The notes: generated by a model from the letters alone, not told the origin. A stretch of DNA of 64,000 bases from Scyliorhinus canicula (GCF_902713615.1 NC_052171.1:9984245-10048244), one strand, 5' to 3'. Positions 35,722 through 47,790 are shown, counted from the stretch's first letter. Numbers and translations: made by a program.

Positions 35722-36194
35722 CTGCCAACATGGGGAGGTGAAAATTCAGACATTAGGAGCCAATTCTATCACAAGGCACTGTTTGCGCAGGCATCGCAAG
35801 ACGGAACCAGCCCACTTCCGAGCTCGTTATGCCGATCAAGACGTTTCTTGGTAATAGGTTTAGTTACAGCATTGCACCTTCCAAAAACCCCCCCCACCCA
35901 CCATCTCTCTCTTCATCCAGTAAAATCAAACAAATTAAACAGACTGACCATCCCAAAAGGGACAGCGGTCTCTCTTTCTACATGCTCAAGACCCTTAATC
36001 AAACAATACCCATCACCAGTCTCTCCCAACAACACAATTAACATGCCATGTTGTCACAGCATGAAAACCAATTAAATTTGTGCACTATGGCTTCATAAAT
36101 TATATTATATTATTGAACGTTCCCAGGATCCAATTTTACAAAAAGGGCACAAAGTTTCTAACGCATGGTCTAACTCATTCAGAGGCACACTCAC

Positions 36195-36238
36195 CTATAA
36201 ATGTCTCGCCTTCAGACACATACAGTACATCATCATCT
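36195..36238 (-). CDS. KCTD9: KCTD9 exon 3 (DDDVLYVSEGETFI)
   Basis: cag/gtgagt boundaries, 44 nt, in frame. Confidence 0.93.
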
Positions 36239-37433
36239 CTGCTCAGGAACAAAAAGAAGAGTAAATTATTAAGACAATATTTAGTGCCTCTGAAATAGCC
36301 GAGTTTTGGATTAAACTCAACAGAGATGACATCTGAACTTCCACCTCCGAGAGCACGACCAGCTTGAGGGGTCAGCGAGCAGAGTTTCATTTCGATAGCC
36401 ACTTTCACATCCTCGGGAGGCAGAGGAGACTGTTGTTTGGAAGTCAATCACAGCAAGACTCCCGTATGGCAATGGGCTCGACAATACACAGCCTTGGATA
36501 GGCCAGGCTATTGTCACAGGGGCACTTAGGGATGGGCAACTCATTTGCCAGCGCACCCCCCCCCCCCCCCCCCCCCCCAACAAGTGGGACTCAGCCCAGC
36601 GAGCCTGCTGGTGGGACACTGCACACCAGGCCGCTTTCATCCACCCAATTCACTTCAGCATCTCTTTCTATCCCCCTCCTCTCTCCTGCACTCGCCTACT
36701 TTCTTCCAAAGCATCAGTCGCAACTCAAACATCTCCTGTCCTGCCGAGTTTCACATTTCCTTGGGAGACAAGAAATTTCCTAATTCGATTCATTAATGGT
36801 CATATTATCCTGTTGGGGTGAGATTGAGTGTGTCCCACACTGAAAGGTCCAGATTTGATCTCCGAGTGAGTGCTGGCTTTACATAAGAACGAGGAGCAAG
36901 CGTGGGCCATTAGCTCCTCGCGTCTGCTCCGCTGTTCTGTGCTGATTTCATCCCCGCTTTCCTGTCCGCTCCTCATAACCCTTCATCCCACGACTAATTA
37001 AAAACCTTTCTGACGCCTCCTTAGGTTGTTTGTTTCGTGTTCCAGGGTCCACTGCTCTTTAGTTCGAGGATTCCACAGATTCAGCATCCTGGATCTGCTC
37101 ATTTCGGTTTTAAATCTCTGCCCCCTTTTGCCTCAAACTCTGGCCTCTAGTTTTAGAATGTCCAACGAGGGGAAATCTGCGTCTACCCTGTCAATCCCCC
37201 TGAGCATCTTGTCGGTCTCAATTTGATCTCCCCCCCATTCTTCTGAACTCAAGAGCGTATAGGCCTGAACTGCTCAATCTCTGACTTATCCCTCAAAACA
37301 CCAATCGGTTAATGAATTTTGGAAAATGTGCTCGATCACCCCCTCCAGCATTGCGTTCGGCCACAGATCTGAAGCGGTGGCAACTGGTGGTGTAGAAATC
37401 CGTCGATGGAATTGGCTGGTTAGAAACACTCAC

Positions 37434-37555
37434 CGAATGAGCGCGATGTCGTCGATGAGGCCGCCCTTTCCATTGTAGAGGTTAACGGCCTTGATGTTCA
37501 ACTTATTGCTCGCGACTGACAGCAGATCCGACAGTGCGCCGTACACAGCAACGAC
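37434..37555 (-). CDS. KCTD9: KCTD9 exon 2 (VVAVYGALSDLLSVASNKLNIKAVNLYNGKGGLIDDIALIR)
   Basis: cag/gtgagt boundaries, 122 nt, in frame. Confidence 0.95.
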
Positions 37556-37959
37556 CTGCCCAGAGAGTGTGTGGGGAGGAAGTGGGGGGAGAAAACAGTG
37601 AGAAGGTGACCAGGAGCACTGCATGCAGGCTGCAACACAGCAATTGATAGGATGCACAGCAAGATCCCGTGCTGGGAGACCATCGGGTCTTCCAATTTCG
37701 GCTGGAAGTGCGATCTCCCGCATCCCTGCCCCCTCCCGGATAAAAACAACCGGGTTTCAAAAAGGGAACTGGCTCCCGCAGGTTCCCACAACCCCAAACG
37801 CGGAAATCAGAGGAAACACTGGGAATATGTCCCTTCTGAAAATAATTAACAAATCCACCTTTCAAATTGCAACGCGATTAAAAGCTTCATTCAGACCCAC
37901 ATGAACTCACGCCAGAAAATTAACTTGCCAACATGAAAGGTCACATCGGCTGCAAGGAT

Positions 37960-39158
37960 CAGTCCTTTAATCCCTGACCACAGACTCAGTCCTTTACCCC
38001 TGGCCCCGAGGCTCGATCCTTTACCCCCTGACCCCCAGGTTTGTCCTTTACCCCCTGACCCCCAGACTCGGTCCTTTACCCCCTGATCCCCAGGCTCGGT
38101 CCTTTAACCCCTGACCCCCAGGTTTGTCCTTTACCCCCTAACCCCTACGCTCAATCCTTTACCCCCTGACCCCCAGTCTCAGTCCTTTACCTCCTGACCC
38201 CCAGGCTCAGTCCTTTACCCCCTGATCCCCAGGCTCAGTCCTTTACCCCCTGACCCCCAGGCTCGATCCTTTACCCCAGACCCCCAGGCTCGGTCCTTTA
38301 CCCCTGACCCCCAGGCTCAGTTCTTTACCCCCTGACCCGCAGGTTTGTCCTTTACCCCCTGACCCCCAGGCTCAGTCCTTTACCCCATGACCCCCAGGTT
38401 TGTCCTTTACCCCCTGACCCCCAGGCTCAGTTCTTTACCCCCTGACCCCCAGGTTTGTCCTTTACCCCCTGACCCCCAGGTTCTGTCCTTTACCCCCTGA
38501 CCCCCAGGCTCAGTCCTTTACCCCATGACCCTCAGGTTTGTCCTTTACCCCCTGACCCCCAGGCTCAGTCCTTTACCCCCTGACCCCAGGCTCAGCCCTT
38601 TACCCCCTGACTCGATCCTTTACCCCCTGACCCCCAGGCTCAGTCCTTTACCCCCTGACCCCCAGGCTCAATCCTTTACCCCCTGACCCCCAGGCTCAAT
38701 CCTTTACCCCCTGACCCCCAAGCTCAGTCCTTTACCCCCTGACTCCCAGGCTCGATCCTTTACCCCCTGACCCCAGGCTCAGTCCTTTAACCCCTGACCC
38801 CCAGGCTGTCCTTGACCCCCAGGCTGTCCTTGACCCCCAGGCTGTCCTTGACCCCCAGGCTCAGTCCTTTACCCCCTGGCCCCCAGGCTCAGTCCTTTAC
38901 CCTCTGATCCCCAGGCTCGATCCTTTACCCTCTGATCCCCAGGCTATGTCCTTTACCCCCTGACCCCCAGGTTTGTCCTTTACCCCCTGACCCCCAGGCT
39001 CTGTCCTTTACCCCCTGACCCCCCCAGGCTCAGTAGTTTACCCCTTGACCCCCAGACTCTGTCCTTGACCCCCAGGCTCAGTCGTTTCCCCCCTGACCTC
39101 CAGGCACAGTCCTTTACCCCCTGACCCCAAGCTTGATCCTTTACCCCCTGACCCCCGG
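37960..39158. repeat. ~28-bp C-rich minisatellite (cctttaccccctgacccccaggctcagt) in KCTD9 intron 1
   Basis: Tandem units visible directly. Confidence 0.95.
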
Positions 39159-39164
39159 CCTCAC

Positions 39165-39212
39165 CTTCCCGTCCCGGTGGCTCCCGTTCACGAACAGCGT
39201 CACCCGCCGCAT
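39165..39212 (-). CDS. KCTD9: KCTD9 exon 1 (MRRVTLFVNGSHRDGK)
   Basis: Matches the KCTD9 N-terminus (KHA domain start); donor gtgagg. The 12 exons sum to 1170 nt = 389 aa plus stop. Confidence 0.95.
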
Positions 39213-39760
39213 CCCCGATACCCACTGGGACTAGGACCGGAAACCGCCGGTGGAGCCCGCCCCTGATCGACAGCTGCGTCATCCAATGGTAGGGCGGCCC
39301 CGCCTTGAGTGTCAGCAGGGCCAACCAATCAGCAGGCGCGATACGGCGAGCAGGCGTGATAGGGCAGGGCCGCGGGTACGGAAGTCCCACCCCCTCTGAC
39401 TCAGCGCAATGGACCAATCAGCGAACCGAATTACCCACAGTGACAGGGCGGGTAACCAATCAGCAGGAACGTAACGGGATGACGATAAGGGCGGGGGAGA
39501 TTTACGCACCAGATTGACAATGCGGAGGACCAATCAAAGTGCAGGATCTCGGGGCGTCATCTGAAAACTGACCAATAGGAGGAGGAGACGAAGGATGAGT
39601 CACCGCCCCCGCGAATGACCGATCAGAGCTCTGGATAGAGTGGAATGGACCAATCAGTGAGGAGAAAATAAGGTGACGTCAGGTTGTATTGACAGCTGGA
39701 ATCACCAATCACAATAGAGTGAAGCAGTGAGTGACAGCGCGTATAGCCAATCGGAGTGCG
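39213..39760 (-). promoter_or_regulatory. KCTD9: KCTD9 CpG-rich promoter with 9 CCAAT boxes, GC boxes and a perfect CRE
   Basis: CCAAT at 39283, 39325, 39414, 39456, 39530, 39572, 39650, 39705 and 39747; TGACGTCA at 39674-39681; several GGGCGG. Confidence 0.8.
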
Positions 39761-39773
39761 CGAAAGAGGAATT

Positions 39774-41590
39774 ACCGCCCCCTGCTGGAGAGAGAAATCA
39801 CCGCCCTCCCGCTGGACGGAGGACTCACTGCCCCCTGGTGGAGGGAGGAATCACTGCCCCCTGCTGGAAGGAGGAATCACAGCCCCCTGCTGGAGGGAGG
39901 AATCACTGCCCCCTGCTGGAGGGAGGAATCACCGCCCCCTGCTGGAGGGAGGAATCACCGCTCCCTGCCGGAGGGAGGAATCACCGCCCCCTGCTGGAGG
40001 GAGGAATCACTGCCCCCTGCTGGAGGGAGGAACCACCGCCCCCTGATGGAGGGAGGAATCACCGCCCCCTGATGGAGGGAGGAATCACCGCCCCCTGCTG
40101 GAGGGAGGAATCACTGCCCCCTGCTGGAGGGAGGAATCACCGCCCCCTGCTGGAGGGAGGAACCACCGACCCCTGCTGGAGGGAGGAACCACCGCCCCCT
40201 GCCGGAGGGAGGAATCACCGCCCCCTGATGGAGGGAGGACTCACAGCCCCCTGCTGGAGGGAGGAATCACTGCCACCTGCTGGAGGGAGGAATCACTGCC
40301 CCCTGCTGGAGGGAGGAACCACCGCCCCCTGCCGGAGGGAGGAATCACCGCCCCCTGCTGGAGGGAGGACTCACAGCCCCCTGCTGGAGGGAGGAATCAC
40401 TGCCACCTGCTGGAGGGAGGAATCACCGCCCCCTGCTGGAGGGTGGAATCACTGCCCCCTGCTGGAGGGAGGAACCACCGCCCCCTGCCTGAGGGGTGGA
40501 ACCACTGCCCCCTGAGGCCCCCTGCTGGAGGGAGGAGTCAACGCCCCTGCTGGAGGGAGCAATCACTGCCCCCTGCTGGAGGGAGGAATCACCACTCCCT
40601 GTTGGAGGGGAGGAATCACCGCCCCCTGTTGGAGGGGAGGAATCACCGCCCCCTGCTGGAGGGGAGGAATCACCGCCCCCTGTTGGAGGGGAGGAATCAC
40701 TGCCCCCTGCTGGAGGGAGGTAACACCACCCCCTGCTGGAGGGGAGGTTTGACTGTACCCGATGGATAGGAGTAATCAGTGCTCCCTGCTGGAGGGGTGG
40801 TATCAGTGTCCCCTGCTGGAGGGAGGAATCACCGCCCCCTGCTGGAGGGGAGGAATCACCGCCCCCTGCTGGAGGGGAGGTAACACCACCCCCTGCTGGA
40901 GGGAGGTAACACCACCCCCTGCTGGAGGGGAGGTTTGACTGTACCCGATGGATAGGAGTAATCAGTGTCCCCTGCTGGAGGGGTGGTATCAGTGCCCCCT
41001 GCTGGAGGGGAGGTTTAACTGTACCCGATGGATAGGAGGAATCACTGCCCCCTGCTGGAGAGGAGGAATCACTGCCCCCTGCTGGAGGGAGGAATCACTG
41101 CCCCCTGCTGGAGGGGAGGAATCACCGCCCCCTGCTGGAGGGGAGGAATCACTGCCCCCTGCTGGAGGGAGGAATCACTGCCCCCTGCTGGAGAGGAGGT
41201 GTTACTGCCCCCTGCTGGAGGGAGGAATCACAGCCCCCTGCTGGAGGGAGGAATCACCGCCCCCTGCTGGAGGGAGGAATCACCGCCCCCTGCTGGAGGG
41301 AGGAATCACCGCCCCCTGCTGGAGGGGAGGTTTGACCGTCCCCGATGGATAGGAGGAATCAGTGCTCCCTGCTGGAAGGGTGGTATCAGTGCCCCCTGCT
41401 GGAGGGGAGGTTTGACCGTCCCCGATGGATAGGAGGAATCAGTGCTCCCTGCTGGGAGGGTGGTATCAGTGCCCCCTGCTGGAGAGGAGGTGTTACTGCC
41501 CCCTGCTGGAGAGGAGGTGTTACTGCCCCCTGCTGGAGGGAGGAATCACCGCCCCCCTGCTGGAGGGAGGAATCACCGCCCCCTGCTGGA
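39774..41590. repeat. 26/27-bp minisatellite (ccccctgctggagggaggaatcaccg) whose unit contains a CTCF consensus motif
   Basis: Reverse complement of the unit core is CCAGCAGGGGGCGG or CCAGCAGGGGGCAG. Confidence 0.95.
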
Positions 41591-42390
41591 TGCCCTCGTA
41601 CGAACGGGATATGGCGCTCGACCCATCGGTCGATGTTCCAACGCACCACAGCAAAAAAACCGGATCAACCTCCTCAGAAGGCAAACACGGGACACAACCG
41701 ACAGAGTAACGTTTGTCGTCCAGTACTTCCCCGAAGCGGAGAAACTGCGACATCTTCTTTGCAGCCTTCAACACATCATCGATGAAGATGAACATCTTGC
41801 CAAGGTCACCCCCACTAATTGCCTTCAAACAACCACAACACCACGCAACCCTGCCAGGGCAATCTCTGCAAGACATGCCAGATCATCGACATGAATACCA
41901 CCATTACACATGGAAACACCACCAACCAGGTACGCGGTACATACCCGTGTGACTCGCCCAACGTTGTCTATCTCATACGCTGCAGGAAAGGATGTCCCGA
42001 AGCGTGGTACATTGGCAAGATCATGCAGACGCGGCGACAACGGATGAACGGGCATCGCGCGACAATCACCAGGCAGGAATGATCCCTTCCGGTCGGGGAA
42101 CACTTCAGCAGTCAAGGGCATTCAGCCTCTGATCTCCGGGTAAGCGTTCTCCAAGGCGGCCTTCAGGACACGCGACAACGCAGAATCGCTGAGCAGAAAC
42201 TGATAGCTAAGTTCCGCACCAATCCCCCACCATCTGGCCTGGGCTTGCCAAATCCTACCAACTGTCCTGGCTTGAGACAATTCACACCTCTTTAACCTGG
42301 GGTTACCCCATCTCTGGATCTGTAAAGACTTAATTACCTGCAAATTCTCACATTCTAAGCATCGTCCGGCATCTCTGACTCTGTCTATAT

Positions 42391-43216
42391 CAGTGGTTCT
42401 CAACCGGGGTCCTTCCCTGGGGGTCCATGCAACATTACTGGGGGTCCGCACAAAAAAATACCGAATTGGGGGTCCACGGTGATATTTTAGTGGTCCATAG
42501 AGCAATTCTACTTCAGAACAATTGTTATTACTGAGAATCAAGTAGAAGAAAAAAATGTTTGTTTTCATGATGAATATTCACCTTTCTCTCTCTCTCTCTC
42601 TCTCTCGCACTGACAAAGGTCAAAGAGAGATTATAATCTATCTAATTTACCTTGAGGGCTGAAGGGGCTCAGAACCAAAAAGGTGCATTTGCTGTGTTTA
42701 TTTTTGTGGTACTGCATTCTGAGGAAAAAAAATCCATACCGGTTGATGACAAATGGGTTTATTGTGCTTTAATGACAGTTGTTGTTGAAGATTGCCCGGG
42801 CTATTGTCCCCTAGGAACAGCCTGGAGGACCTTTAATGACAGAAGCAGCTTATTAAATACCCACGGTTGACCTGACGCTTATGCCACGTTTCTCCTTGAC
42901 AAGTTTAATGAATGATTTAACACAGTAATCACTAGAAACTGTGTATATTTGATATGAATTGGTTATTTTTAGAGTAATTTAATTCAATTTAGTCAGTAAA
43001 AAGTTTTTTTCATTACTTTTTATATTAGAATAAGTTTGGCAACGTACGAAAATACCGCTAATCCGTTTCCAACCCTCACGGTAAGGTAGATGGACTTTAG
43101 GATTAGTTTACCACGCATATAAGAAGCTTTTTTTTCTGTGGAATGGCTATGGGGGTCCACAAAAAAAAATTAAGAGGAAAAGGGGTCCATGGGTTAAAAA
43201 AGGTTGAGAACCCCTG
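42391..43216. mobile_element. Non-autonomous hAT (Charlie-type) DNA transposon
   Basis: TIRs CAGTGGTTCTCAACC / GGTTGAGAACCCCTG; 8-bp TSD gtctatat. Confidence 0.9.
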
Positions 43217-43251
43217 GTCTATATAGATGTTTCTGGAACATACCTCTCCAT

Positions 43252-43288
43252 TCACCTGAGGAAGGAGCTGTGCTCCGAAAGCTAGTGA
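43252..43288 (+). ncRNA. Minimal type I hammerhead ribozyme motif in a Penelope terminal repeat
   Basis: TCAC-CTGAGGA-A-GGAGC/tgt/GCTCC-GAAA-GCTA-GTGA: stem I, core, stem II and palindromic AGCT stem III. Confidence 0.7.
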
Positions 43289-44139
43289 TTCGAAACAAAC
43301 CTGTTGGACTTTAACCTGGTGTTGTCAGACTTCTTACCCCACTGGAGAGCCGGGGCGGGATTCACCTAAGTTCCGCGCCGAAATCGGGCTCGGCGCAGGG
43401 GGTAGAGAATGACCCAAAATAGGCTCCCACGCCGGCACGCGATTCTCCGGCGAATATCCGCGCTCGACGGGCCGACTGCCCGCCCAGTCCCGCCGCCGTG
43501 GTTCTAATGTGGTTCCACCCGGCGGGAACTCAGAGTCACGGCTGGTGTGAGCGTGGGGAGGGGGTGTGGGGATCGGACAGAGCTATGGGACGCACGCCGG
43601 GGTCCTGCTAGCCCCCTGGAGAACGGGGAGCCCCCTCGGACTTTCGAGGAAAAAGTCCGGAGTGATTCTCGCCCGTCTTCCGGCGGGCGTGGGTGACTTA
43701 GTTCCCCCAAAGTGGAGTGAGGTGATCTTCCAGCTCCTATCCTGGATCGCCAGGGATGAGGCTCAACCACATCCGTCTTCAGAACACAGCATTCCCGGGT
43801 TTATACACTAGGTGACCACTAAGGGGAGCTATTTCCTCACTGAGTGAGCCGACTTCAAATACACTTGACTTTTAAAATTCTCAGCTTTGGTCCAATTCTA
43901 TCCCATGGTGTCATCCCTCCCTATCTCCATTGCTCCCCCCCCCCCCCCCCCCCCCCCCCATTCCTCCGATTTCAACCTCTCATCCTTCATTCGGGCACCG
44001 CCAGCCCGCGCCTCTTCGCTCCAAGTCTTCCCGTTGTTTCATCTCTCTCTCTGACTCTCAACGTACGTTGTTTCAAGCCTGTTGTAAGCTCGAAGCAAGG
44101 ATTGTCACAGGAGAGACGGCAGTGTTCGTTCCACCGCGT

Positions 44140-44950
44140 GACGGACTGGGAATATCGTCAGGTGTGCAGAGGAGTGGCGAATGGAATCCAACCCGGAAAA
44201 ACCGGACTTGGGGAAGGCGAAGGAGGCAAAGGATTGCACTATGAATGGTCAGGCATGGGAAGTACAGAGGAGCAGAGGGACCTTGGGGTACATGCTCATC
44301 GATCCCTGAAGGCAGCAGGGCAGGTAGATAAGGTGGTTAAGGAGGCTGATGGGATACTTGCCTTTATTAGCCGAGGTATAGAATATAAGAGCAGGGAGGT
44401 TATGATGGAGCTGTATAAAACGCTGGTTAGGCCACAGCTAGAGTACTGAGTGCAGTTCTCGTCGCCACTCTATAGGAAGGATGTGATTGCCCTGGAGAGG
44501 GAGCAGAGGGGATTCACCAGGATGTTGCCCTGGGCTGGAGCGTTTCAGCTATGGAGAGAGGCTGGTTAGGCTGGGGTTGTTTTCCTTGGAGCAGAGAAGG
44601 CTGAGGGGGGACCTGATTGAGGTGGACAACATTATGAGGGACACAGATCGGGTGGATAGGGTGGAACTTTCCCCCTTAGTAGAGGGTCAATAACCAGGGG
44701 GCACAGATTTAAGGTAAGGGGCGGGAGATTTAGAGGGGATTTGAGGAAAAGGATTTCACCCAGAGGATGATGGGAATCTGGAACTCGCTGCCTGACAGGG
44801 TGGTAGAGGCAGGAACTCTCACAACTATTAAAAAGTGTTTAGATGAGCTCTTGAAACGCCGCAGCAGACAAGGCCTCGGGCCTAGTGCTGGGAAATGGGA
44901 TCAGTGTCGTCAGATATTCCTGGGAACGATGGGCTAATTAGCCTCCTTGG
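44140..44950 (+). mobile_element. CR1-like LINE fragment
   Basis: EQRDLGVH...ELYKTLVRPQLEY, degenerate. Confidence 0.85.
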
Positions 44951-45212
44951 GCGCTCTGAACGCTCCCGGGTCTCCGAAGAGGCAATCTCCCCTGCTCTGA
45001 CCATGGTGCGTGTTGGAAAGCTTTCACACGCCCCCTCCCGGAGACATGTACTCATTGCCTGACGGACAAGGTGGGCTCATTCTGCCAAAAGCGATCACCC
45101 ACTGACTTTGGCTGTTACGGTGCGACAATGCCCAGGGTGCCATGAGAGGCAAGGAGCTGACAATCGCAAACACTTAACAAGGAGACTTAAATATTGCAAA
45201 TTTTCAAATCAT

Positions 45213-45235
45213 TTTATTTGTCACAGAATAAATAA
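45213..45235 (-). terminator. DUSP2: DUSP2 3' UTR AU-rich element (UUAUUUAUU) and polyadenylation signal
   Basis: Minus-strand TTATTTATT at 45227-45235 and AATAAA at 45213-45218. Confidence 0.7.
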
Positions 45236-46136
45236 TGCATCCCATAATTTACTAAACGCGTATTTCAAAAAATATATTTGTGCGTATATGTATATATATC
45301 TTTATTTATAAAGTACTTTTCTTCCGAAGGAAATTAGCAGGTAGTTCTCTTATAACAGAGTCACATTTTCCATTGTGTTTCGAGAGGGGGCTGTGGGGCG
45401 AGAGTCCGGGGTGATTCTAATCGTTTCAGCGACTTCGGCCTGAGGTGGCCTCGCCTGGAAGTTCCCCCCTTCTCGAACGCAGTCAGTGCTATAAGGTAGA
45501 GAAACGCACGCCCCGTGAGTCTCACATGGTGGCAGCGTTTACCGCTTCTCAGGACGGTTCTGGCTCAGAAAACAAAGAAACAAACAAACAAACATCGGCA
45601 GGCGCCTGGCATCCATTCCGCGATGGGAAGAGCAGCATTTGGGCGGGATAATCTCCGGGAGGGTCTCCTTACGAGATGGTTCGCGGTGAGCCGAGCCTTA
45701 AAACCGGCAAGGTGGCATGCTCCAAGACGTGGCGTCAACTCAACTCGCAGATTTCGGTCAAACAGGCCTCCTTGACAGACGGCAAGGAATGAATTGTCCC
45801 GCTCATTCCCAATGGGAACGTCAACACGCTGGGATTGAAGTCAACAGCTCCCGCAACAGTGAAGTGCTAAGATGGCCACATGGCAGACGCAATGTGCTGC
45901 AGTTTTGTCTGTCATGAATGGCGACGGCTGATACAGAGTTGACGTCATGTGTTCTGAACCGGCCTAGTGGCTCGACAGGAGGGTCACAAAAGTGGGCAGT
46001 GAGGCACGCCGTTTTCCCAGTCATTGGGGTTGGGGAGGGGGGAGGGGTGAAAGAGGACTGCTGGGGAGAGCAATGACCTGCGTTTTGTTTCCCCCCTTCC
46101 CCTCAATGCGAAATGCAAAAACCCGGCCAGCTGGCG

Positions 46137-46351
46137 TTAGCGGCAGAGGACCTCGGTCTCGAACTGTAGCAGTTGCCCCATGAAGCCCAGGTTGGGCGAG
46201 ATGACTCCACGGCGCTGCTTGACAAAGTCGAAGGCTTCTTCCAGGCCCACCCGCTGTGTTCGGATGAGATACGCCAGGCAGATGGTGGCGGACCTGGAGA
46301 TGCCAGCCTGGCAGTGAACCAAGACTCGTCCGCCATTGTTCTTCACTGAAT
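46137..46351 (-). CDS. DUSP2: DUSP2 coding exon 4 (catalytic VHCQAGISRS; ends QFETEVLCR*)
   Basis: HCx5R motif. DUSP2-type AFDFVKQRRGVISPN and a short C-terminus without the DUSP1/4 tail. Confidence 0.93.
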
Positions 46352-47418
46352 CTAATAGGGGGCAAATCCAAGGAGGAAAATCTCATTAATACATGTCAAC
46401 CGTGGGCATCATTCACATCCTAAACATTGGCACAACTGGTGTGGTAGTGGCCATGTCACTGGGCTGGTACCCAGGCTAATACTCAGACGACAGGCGCCAG
46501 ATCTCACTAGGGCGGGGGCTGGTTTAGCTCAGTGGGCTAAACAGCTGGCTTGCAATGCAGAACAAGGCCAGCAGCGCGGGTTCAATTCCTGTACCAGCCT
46601 CCCCGAACAGGGAGAATGTGGCGACTCGGGACTTCTCACAGTAACTTCATTTGAAGCCTACTGGTGACAATAAGCGATTATTATTTAAATTCAATTCATA
46701 AAATATAACGGAGATCGAGAAACTCTCACTGATTATCGTAAAAACCCATCTGGCTCATTAATCGGTAAGGATTTTTTTTTCTTTTTAAATTTCGAGTGCC
46801 CAATTATACTTTTTCCAATTCAGGGGCAATTTATCGTGGCCAATCCCGCACAACGTTTTGGGTTGTGTGGGGGGGTGAGACCCACGCAGACAACGGGGAG
46901 AATGGGCAATCTCCACACGGACAGTGACCCGGGGCCGGGATCGAACCCGGGGCCTCGGCAGCACGAGGCAGCAGTGCTAACCACTGCGCCACCCTTCTCA
47001 GGAAGGAAACTGTTATTGTCACCAGTCGGCTTCAAATGAAGTTACTGTGAAAAGCCCCTAGTCGCCACATCCCGGTGCCTGTTCGGGGAGGCCGCTACGG
47101 GAATGTATAGAACTATGAGGGACGTCGATGGGTAGAAATGTTTCTCTTTTGGGGAAGGGGGGCACAGATTTAAGGGAAGGGGCAGGAGGCTGAGAGGGGA
47201 TTTGAAAAGAAGCTCTTTCACCCAGAGGATGATGGGAACTCACAGCCCGAAAGGGTGGTCAAGGCGGGAACTCTCACAACTATTGAGAAGCATTTAGACG
47301 AGCACTTGTCTGCTCGATCGTGGAAAGGTGCTTGATGGGTGGCCGGTGATTCATCGCCCCCCCCACCCTCAGAGCTGAACGGGAGGTTGAAGGGAGAGAG
47401 AAAAAAACGCTCGCTCAC

Positions 47419-47638
47419 CAATGAAATCAATAGCTTCGCAAAACCAGGCGCTGATGTCAGACATGTGGCTGTCCTCAACAGGGATACATTTGTACTGGAA
47501 GACCCCCTCGAAATAGTTGGGGCAGTTGGAGGACACGTTGAGGAGGGCAGTGATTCCCAGCGACTGCAGTGTCTCTTTCCGGGAGGAATGGGCGGCGCTG
47601 CCAAGGTAGAGGAAGGGCAGAATCTCCACGGGACCACC
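47419..47638 (-). CDS. DUSP2: DUSP2 coding exon 3 (GGPVEILPFLYLGS...DISAWFCEAIDFI)
   Basis: cag/gtgagc boundaries, 220 nt, DSP catalytic domain. Confidence 0.93.
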
Positions 47639-47790
47639 CTGGAAAGAAACCAAACACATTGCTCCCGCGTTAGGACAGATCGAAACGACACGAGTTTAAT
47701 GAAAGCTGTACTGATTATCGTGGCCAACTGTGCTCCCTGCCCCCCCCCCCCCCCCCCCCCCCAGCTCTGACTCCCCTCTGGACTCCTCAC

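Larger units (their letters stand above)
41589..43337 (+). mobile_element. Penelope-like element 3' part (disrupted GIY-YIG endonuclease plus terminal repeat), interrupted by a hAT MITE
   Basis: CKTC...NVVYLIRCRKGCPEAWYIG..QRMNGHR...VGEHFS...AEQKLIAKFRT, with stops and frameshifts. Confidence 0.85.
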
